Assembly: GCF_052147955.1 (NCBI RefSeq)
Contig: NZ_CP197354.1
Span: forward strand, 26,956-50,955
Direction of reading: 5' to 3'
Length of the DNA stretch: 24,000 nucleotides
Source: Pseudomonas sp. NUPR-001
GTDB taxonomy: Bacteria > Pseudomonadota > Gammaproteobacteria > Pseudomonadales > Pseudomonadaceae
A model generated the notes under the pieces. The model ran no database searches. It was not told where the DNA came from and saw only the letters and a program-made list of their open reading frames with translations. The position numbers were made by a program, and so were the translations under genes. Below, piece after piece: positions 17,846-23,421 of this stretch (its first letter is position 1; each line of letters starts with the position of its first letter).

Positions 17846-18730
17846 TCAAGGCGACTTCCGGCAAGCTATACGCGCCCTAGGAGTGCGGTTGGAACGTTGG
17901 CCCAGCCAGATACTCCCGATCACGAGCAGGACGCCGATGATTTGAAGCGCACTCAGCGTCTGATCCAAGAACAACCATCCTAGCAACACGGCGGTCCCCG
18001 GGCTGAGAAAGCCCAGTAAGGAAACAACTGTAGGTTCGAGTCGCGAGATCCCCCGGAACCAAAGGAAGTAGGTTAAACCCGCTCCGATCAGGCCGAGCCA
18101 CGCCAGGCCGAGAACATTGGTTCCTGTAGGCATCGGGATTGGCGGATCAAACACTAAAGCTACTGGAACGAGCAGAAGTCCTCCGGCCGCCAGTTGCCAG
18201 GCGGTAAAGGTGAGCAGAGGCACGGGAGGTTGCCACTTGCGGGTCAGCACGGTTCCGAACGCCATGGAAACCGCCCCCGCCAGGCCCGCTGCGACGCCGA
18301 CAGGATCTAGCGCTGCGTTTGGTGTCAACACCAACAGCGCCACGCCCGCAGTTCCGCAAATAGCCCCCAGGACCGCCATCAATCGTATCGGGCTACCTAG
18401 CAGAGCGGCAGAGATGAACACGACCATCAGCGGCTGCACAGCGCCTACCGTCGCCGCGACCCCGCCCGGCAGGCGGTAGACCGAAATAAACAACAAGCTC
18501 CAGAATAGCGAAATATTAAGTGCGCCGAGGATGAAGATGCGCATCCACCAGATTCCCGTTGGAATCTGTCGGACGATCATCACGAGCAATAAACCCGCCG
18601 GCAACGCCCGCAGCATCGCGACCGTCATCGGTGAGAAGTTCGGCAGGTATTGGGTGGTGACAATGTAGGTGCTGCCCCAAATGGCAGGTGCTATCGCTGT
18701 GAACAATAAATCGGGCGTGCGTAATGACAT
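17846..18730 (-). CDS. pecM: EamA/DMT-family transporter (PecM-like), 294 aa, as found in the Tn1721 tet module
   Basis: A 10-TM-like hydrophobic protein with two EamA-type halves. It is convergent with tetA, as in Tn1721. Confidence 0.88.
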   Translation of the reverse strand: MSLRTPDLLFTAIAPAIWGSTYIVTTQYLPNFSPMTVAMLRALPAGLLLVMIVRQIPTGIWWMRIFILGALNISLFWSLLFISVYRLPGGVAATVGAVQPLMVVFISAALLGSPIRLMAVLGAICGTAGVALLVLTPNAALDPVGVAAGLAGAVSMAFGTVLTRKWQPPVPLLTFTAWQLAAGGLLLVPVALVFDPPIPMPTGTNVLGLAWLGLIGAGLTYFLWFRGISRLEPTVVSLLGFLSPGTAVLLGWLFLDQTLSALQIIGVLLVIGSIWLGQRSNRTPRARIACRKSP

Positions 18731-18867
18731 GCGATTACAAGACCTCCGCTACGGCGATGGGTTTTTGAGAGTTGCAGGCGCCGCGATGACCGCACCCTGA
18801 CTTGGACTGGCCCTGCCTCGCACCAATCCACCTGCGGCTATGGCCGCGATCATGCGAGGCCCGAAAA

Positions 18868-19263
18868 TTACACGACCTGTACACGTCCGCCGAACCCGGA
18901 ACGCAACAGAGCTTCGTGGGCATCCCGATCCGGGTCGTAGCAGCAGTCCTGGACCAAACGCACGTCGTAGTCCGCATCACTAGCCCAGGCGACGCTTGAA
19001 AGAACAACGCCGGTGGTGCTTATCCCGGCCATGACAAGCGTGCTTACGCCGCGCGTCCGAAGGTCGGCGTCGAGCGCCGTGCCATAAAAGACGCTGGCTC
19101 GCGGACATGCATAGAAAAGGTCGCCCCGTTCGATCGCAAGCCCTTCGACGGGCAGACCGGTGCGAAATCGTCCGCTCGGGAGATACGGTGAGATTTGGCG
19201 ATTCGTCGCCGGCGGCGCATGTTCATACTCTTCGCCGAGCGAAAAGTTGGGGAACAGCACGGG
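18868..19263 (-). pseudogene. Isochorismatase/nicotinamidase-family gene remnant (pncA-like), C-terminal about 131 codons; the 5' end is lost at the junction with the third tnpA fragment
   Basis: ...ASVFYGTALDADLRTRGVSTLVMAGISTTGVVLSSVAWASDADYDVRLVQDCCYDPDRDAHEALL... fits the C-terminal half of the cysteine-hydrolase fold. The first 4 codons of the tracked ORF lie in tnpA-derived DNA. Confidence 0.65.
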
Positions 19264-21015
19264 CCGGCCGCGCAAGGCGTGCTGGCAGCCGTGCAGACCC
19301 TGCGTGAGATGAACGCCGACAACCTGCGCAAGGTGCCGGCCGATGCACCCACGGCCTTCATCAAGCCGCGCTGGAAGCCGCTGGTGATCACCCCGGAAGG
19401 CCTCGACCGGAAATTCTACGAAATCTGCGCCCTGTCCGAGCTGAAGAACGCCCTGCGCTCCGGCGACATCTGGGTCAAGGGCTCGCGGCAGTTCCGCGAC
19501 TTCGACGACTACCTGCTGCCGGCCGAGAAGTTCGCCGCACTCAAGCGCGAGCAGGCCCTGCCCCTGGCGATCAACCCGAACAGCGACCAGTACCTGGAAG
19601 AGCGTTTGCAGCTGCTGGACGAGCAGTTGGCCACCGTCACCCGCCTGGCCAAGGACAACGAGCTGCCCGATGCCATCCTCACCGAGTCAGGGCTGAAAAT
19701 CACCCCGCTGGATGCGGCGGTGCCGGATCGGGCGCAGGCGCTGATCGACCAAACCAGCCAGTTACTGCCGCGCATCAAGATCACCGAACTGCTGATGGAC
19801 GTGGACGACTGGACGGGCTTCAGCCGCCACTTCACCCACTTGAAGGACGGGGCCGAGGCCAAAGACAGGACGTTGCTGCTGTCCGCAATCCTCGGTGATG
19901 CGATCAACCTCGGGCTGACCAAGATGGCCGAGTCGAGCCCCGGCCTGACCTACGCCAAGCTGTCCTGGCTGCAAGCCTGGCACATCCGCGACGAAACCTA
20001 TTCGGCGGCCTTGGCCGAGCTGGTCAACCACCAGTATCGCCACGCCTTTGCCGCCCACTGGGGCGACGGCACGACCTCATCCTCCGATGGCCAGCGCTTC
20101 CGCGCGGGTGGCCGGGGCGAGAGCACCGGGCACGTCAACCCGAAGTACGGTAGCGAGCCGGGACGGCTGTTCTATACCCATATCTCCGACCAGTACGCGC
20201 CGTTCAGCACCCGCGTGGTGAATGTCGGCGTCCGCGATTCCACCTATGTGCTCGACGGCCTGCTGTACCACGAGTCCGACCTGCGGATCGAGGAGCACTA
20301 CACCGACACGGCCGGCTTCACCGATCACGTCTTTGCCCTGATGCACCTGCTAGGCTTCCGCTTCGCGCCGCGCATCCGCGACCTCGGCGAAACCAAGCTG
20401 TACGTGCCGCAGGGCGTGCAAGCCTACCCGACGTTGCGCCCGCTGATCGGCGGCACCCTGAACATCAAGCACGTGCGTGCCCACTGGGACGACATCCTGC
20501 GCCTGGCCAGCTCGATCAAGCAGGGCACCGTCACCGCCTCGCTGATGCTGCGCAAGCTCGGCAGCTACCCGCGCCAGAACGGACTGGCCGTGGCCCTGCG
20601 CGAGCTGGGCCGGATCGAGCGCACGCTGTTCATCCTGGACTGGCTGCAAAGTGTTGAACTGCGCCGCCGCGTGCATGCCGGCCTGAACAAAGGTGAGGCG
20701 CGCAACTCGCTGGCCAGGGCGGTGTTCTTCAACCGCCTTGGGGAAATCAGGGATCGGAGCTTCGAGCAGCAGCGCTACCGGGCCAGCGGCCTCAACCTGG
20801 TGACGGCGGCTATCGTGCTGTGGAACACGGTGTACCTGGAACGCGCCACCCAGGGGTTGGTCGAGGCCGGCAAGCCGGTGGACGGCGAGCTGCTGCAATT
20901 CCTGTCGCCGCTGGGCTGGGAGCACATCAACCTAACCGGCGATTACGTCTGGCGGCAGAGCCGCAGACTGGAAGACGGGAAGTTTCGGCCCTTACGGATG
21001 CCCGGAAAACCTTAG
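19264..21015 (+). pseudogene. tnpA: Third Tn21-subgroup tnpA copy, 3' fragment (codons about 406-988; tnpA' position of Tn1721-like structures)
   Basis: Collinear with 13776-15527 at a constant offset of 5,488 bp. It diverges by about 5% nt in spot checks and by about 24 aa differences by hand count. Homology begins at CCGGCCGCGCAAGGCGTGCTGGC. Confidence 0.9.
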
Positions 21016-21048
21016 CGTACGATTTTTTCCGTTTTCTCTATTCGCCCC
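21011..21048 (-). repeat. 38-bp Tn3-family terminal IR, not the Tn1721 sequence: GGGGCGAATAGAGAAAACGGAAAAAATCGTACGCTAAG; marks the right boundary of the resistance region
   Basis: The inner 21 nt are identical to the IR at 15523-15560. The outer 17 nt carry 8 mismatches (no EcoRI site) and share CCGTTTTCT with IRmer. Confidence 0.85.
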
Positions 21049-21051
21049 CTG

Positions 21052-21143
21052 CAGCGCAGAAGCACCTTCGGTGACCAAGAGCTGCGCCCTTGGATCCGCA
21101 AACCAAAAGCGCGGAGAGGCCCTAAGACATATATGTGTTAGGG
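21052..21143. repeat. Backbone direct repeat copy 1 (about 92 bp): CAGCGCAGA...CTTCGG-GACCAAGAGCTGCGCCCTTGGATCCGCAA...CCTAAGACATATATGTGTTAGG
   Basis: Aligned by eye with 21402-21504. It contains the hairpin CCAAGAGC-TGC-GCCCTTGG (21075-21093, one mismatch) and box M1. Confidence 0.75.
21121..21142. promoter_or_regulatory. 22-bp AT-centred palindromic box M1: CCTAAGACATATATGTGTTAGG (candidate operator)
   Basis: One of three copies of CCTAA-N2-CATATAT-N2-GTTAGG. Confidence 0.5.
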
Positions 21144-21401
21144 TATTGAACTAGACTCCTGATCTGCCCAGGCAGGCGGGCGTTACGCCTGGATCGGCTA
21201 CGGCAGAGCGCTGGGGGGCCGGCCTGGAGGCCGGGCGCTGCCGCCCAGCCCAGTCAGAACCGGGCACGGCTCGGGAAATCGCCCTGCAGTTGCCCACCGC
21301 CCAGGCGATGTTGCGCACCTGGTCCGTGGACAACTGCACCGTTCGCTCTGGCCCTTGTTGGGGCCCCGCTCACTGGACGATTTTGTGTGTGGGCTGGGCA
21401 A

Positions 21402-21504
21402 CAGCGCAGAGAGCGGCCTTCGGCGACCAAGGGCTGCGCCCTTGGATCCGCAAGCCCGAAGTGCCGGCCTCCGAATCAAGGCCTACCGCATATATGTGTT
21501 AAGG
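21402..21504. repeat. Backbone direct repeat copy 2 (about 103 bp) with a perfect hairpin CCAAGGGC-TGC-GCCCTTGG (21427-21445) and box M2
   Basis: It shares the CAGCGCAGA start, the CTTCGG(C/T)GACCAAG(G/A)GCTGCGCCCTTGGATCCGCAA core and the terminal CATATATGTGTTA box with copy 1. Confidence 0.75.
21482..21503. promoter_or_regulatory. Box M2: CCTACCGCATATATGTGTTAAG (candidate operator), overlapping the orf160 stop codon
   Basis: Second copy of the motif, degenerate in both arms. Confidence 0.45.
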
Positions 21505-21981
21505 CTTAAACCGGCGATGTGCTACGCAGTCATCGAAGTCATCCCGGTAACGGACACGGATCTCTGTCATGGCCATGACCAGGGCTTGCACCATCGGCTC
21601 CAGAGTCGCCTCCAGCTGATCCAGGATCTCAGGACCGACCTTTGATTTGTTGGCTGCTGTGCGCCCCTGCGTTGCGAACTTCTCCAGTGCAATCCGTACG
21701 TCCACCCCTCTCCCGAGCAGCTTAGCGCAGAGATTTTCAGCCAGGGTTGGGGTTATATCCAGCCCGTTCAGCCGCTCCACCTGCAGGAAAGAAAACACCA
21801 GGTCGCGCTTGCAGCGCTTGTGCGCTGCACCGAGTTCCGCGCCGCAGTGGCTGGCCATCTGGCGCAGGCTGCCTTCCCGATTTTCCAGGTATCGACGGTA
21901 ACCATCGAGGCGGTCGGCGTACGCCGATTTAACGTCGCTCTCGTACAGCTGCAGCAAGTCGTCGCGTGACGGTATGTACAT
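21499..21981 (-). CDS. Hypothetical protein, 160 aa, no family recognised
   Basis: Clean ORF in backbone DNA with GGAG 10 nt upstream of the ATG. Its composition is not the Arg/Pro/Ala-rich type of shadow ORFs. It is flanked by boxes M3 and M2. I recognise no motifs. Confidence 0.6.
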   Translation of the reverse strand: MYIPSRDDLLQLYESDVKSAYADRLDGYRRYLENREGSLRQMASHCGAELGAAHKRCKRDLVFSFLQVERLNGLDITPTLAENLCAKLLGRGVDVRIALEKFATQGRTAANKSKVGPEILDQLEATLEPMVQALVMAMTEIRVRYRDDFDDCVAHRRFKP

Positions 21982-22009
21982 GGGAGGTGATCTCCTGCTG
22001 GATCGTAGT

Positions 22010-22031
22010 CCTAACGCATATATACGTTAGG
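22010..22031. promoter_or_regulatory. Box M3: CCTAACGCATATATACGTTAGG (perfect 7-bp arms, 8-bp AT core), 29 bp upstream of the orf160 start; candidate operator over a -10-like TATATA
   Basis: Best palindrome of the three. On the minus strand TTGCTG-17 nt-TATATA can be read across it. Confidence 0.5.
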
Positions 22032-22097
22032 GCCTCACCGGCAGCAAGTCGCCTCGCCGGCAGCGGCCAGGCGGGGGCAACTGACGCCCTTCGGTTC

Positions 22098-22895
22098 TCA
22101 GTCGTCCCCGCCCGGCTGGGCATCAGGGTCGTGCGGCACTTCCACCAGCTCGCCGGCCTCAAGGAAACGTACGTCGCAGTCCACACAGAGCAACCGCCCG
22201 CTCAGGCCTGGCTTGCCCCACACGTTCAACTTGCAGCTGGGGCAGGTGTACTTGCGCTTGTTCTTCGGATCCTCAGCCGGCGTTGCCGGCTGAATCAGAC
22301 CCGCGACAGTCAGCGCCGGTATATCGATGGTCGGATCCTCGGGCTGGGGTAAAGGCTCCCCACCTGGCCCGTATAACTGCGTTGCGGACATAGGTACCCG
22401 CTGGGTGACGATATCGATCCAGGAAATCATGGCGCCGGTTGCGAGCAATTCTTCGCATGCCACATCGAAGGGACCGCCCTCGATGATGTAGTGCGTCATC
22501 TGCTGCCCGCACCGGCGCCCGCCAGGCTCACCCGTGTGCGAAGGCATCAGCCCGATGGCCTCCATTTTGTCGGCCCACTCACGGTTGTGATACCCGCCGC
22601 GAGACTTCTTCCCGAAGCAGTCCTGCCACTGGTGCGCCTGTTCATGCACCAGCGTGGACAGCGTTTGCTTGATGCTGCGATGCGCGAAGTAGGCGCAGTT
22701 CAGCGCGATTTCATCGCTCTTACCCGAGCCATTCCGGCGCAGGAAGCGCGATGGCGAGTAGTAGCCGAAAGTGTTGGCCTTGCGCTGTAGGGTGAAGATG
22801 CAGCCAGGAAGCTGGCCACCGTACAACCGATCATTGAACCAGTCGTACGCGCCTTCGATTTCGTCATAGAGCAGCTGGCTTGGGGTTGCGGACAT
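22098..22895 (-). CDS. SprT-like zinc metalloprotease domain protein with a C-terminal CxxC...CxxC zinc ribbon (265 aa from ATG 22895)
   Basis: YDWFNDRLYGGQLPGCIFTLQRKANTFGYYSPSRF...EIALNCAYFAHRSIKQTLSTLVHEQAHQWQ (HExxH) ...GGYHNREWADKMEAIGL fits the SprT-like family pattern. The C-terminus has YTCPSCKLNVWGKPGLSGRLLCVDCDVRF. GGAGG lies 4 nt upstream of ATG 22895. The longer tracked ORF crosses a palindrome and a terminator. Confidence 0.75.
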   Translation of the reverse strand: MSATPSQLLYDEIEGAYDWFNDRLYGGQLPGCIFTLQRKANTFGYYSPSRFLRRNGSGKSDEIALNCAYFAHRSIKQTLSTLVHEQAHQWQDCFGKKSRGGYHNREWADKMEAIGLMPSHTGEPGGRRCGQQMTHYIIEGGPFDVACEELLATGAMISWIDIVTQRVPMSATQLYGPGGEPLPQPEDPTIDIPALTVAGLIQPATPAEDPKNKRKYTCPSCKLNVWGKPGLSGRLLCVDCDVRFLEAGELVEVPHDPDAQPGGDD

Positions 22896-22970
22896 GCGGC
22901 CTCCATTTCTCGCACGCGAGAATCCCCCATGCTGATCGCTCAACGTCAGGGGGGTGAACGTTACAGGCAT

Positions 22971-23000
22971 TGTAACCTGTATCGTACGATACAGGTTACA
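22971..23000. promoter_or_regulatory. 30-bp perfect palindrome TGTAACCTGTATCGT/ACGATACAGGTTACA between the orf130 terminator and the SprT-like gene (candidate operator)
   Basis: Verified base by base: the reverse complement of the first 15 nt equals the last 15 nt. An extra GTTACA half-site-like copy lies at 22960-22965. Confidence 0.6.
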
Positions 23001-23004
23001 CATC

Positions 23005-23025
23005 AAAAAAAGGGGGCACGCCCCC
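23005..23025 (-). terminator. Rho-independent terminator directly after the orf130 stop (minus strand GGGGG-CGTG-CCCCC followed by T7)
   Basis: Stem, loop and the run of 7 T were read on the minus strand, immediately 3' of the stop at 23028-23026. Confidence 0.7.
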
Positions 23026-23418
23026 TCACCGTCCAATCAAAAAGCCGGCTCCAACAGCGGCAAGCACAGCAGCGGCGCCGAGCGCCGCGCCGACCAGCAG
23101 CAACAGCGCCGTATACCGGATGGCCCGGCGTTCCGCCTGTGCGCTAATCAGGTTCGCGGTACTGCGGTTGATCTCGTTACCGATCCGTGCCGCCGCTTCA
23201 CGGCCTGCCTGCACCAGGGCGTTGCGCTGTTCCTCCATCATCGACTCAAAGTTCAGCTGCGTTTGCAGCAGGACTTTGCCTGCTGCATCGCGTACGGCCT
23301 CGGACGTTTTAGCCGCCAGGTCGGCGTCGACCTGTTCCAGGCGCCGCACGATGGCGTCAAAATCCTCCATCATTTGCGCGACCATCGCTTCGCGGGCCGT
23401 GGTCGGGTCCTTGGCCAT
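23026..23418 (-). CDS. Hypothetical 130-aa protein: coiled-coil-like N-terminal part and a C-terminal hydrophobic anchor; translationally coupled to the upstream ATPase gene
   Basis: MAKDPTTAREAMVAQMMEDFDAIVRRLEQVDADLAAK...RYTALLLLVGAALGAAAVLAAVGAGFLIGR. Its ATG lies 3 nt after the upstream stop (TGACCGATG). Confidence 0.6.
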   Translation of the reverse strand: MAKDPTTAREAMVAQMMEDFDAIVRRLEQVDADLAAKTSEAVRDAAGKVLLQTQLNFESMMEEQRNALVQAGREAAARIGNEINRSTANLISAQAERRAIRYTALLLLVGAALGAAAVLAAVGAGFLIGR

Positions 23419-23421
23419 CGG

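Noticed and set aside
18868-19263. Apparent absence of the catalytic Cys in the isochorismatase-like remnant (GISTTGVVLSS)
   Set aside because: The gene is already 5'-truncated and non-functional. I cannot align it rigorously by eye, so no inference about an unusual active site is justified.
21052-21504. Idea that the two repeat units form one long single-strand promoter hairpin (Frpo/ssi-like)
   Set aside because: The units are direct repeats, not inverted, so they cannot pair with each other. Only short local hairpins exist. The idea is kept as a low-probability alternative inside the finding.
21151-21645. Overlapping small ORFs (62, 93, 70 and 96 aa) in the backbone spacer
   Set aside because: They overlap each other on both strands and have Arg/Pro/Gly-rich translations with no RBS. 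One is antisense to orf160. The region is treated as non-coding and is reported as a finding instead.
22896-23036. Upstream extension of the SprT-like ORF (312-aa version)
   Set aside because: It would read through the orf130 terminator and the 30-bp palindrome. ATG 22895 has a GGAGG RBS and starts right at the conserved domain.
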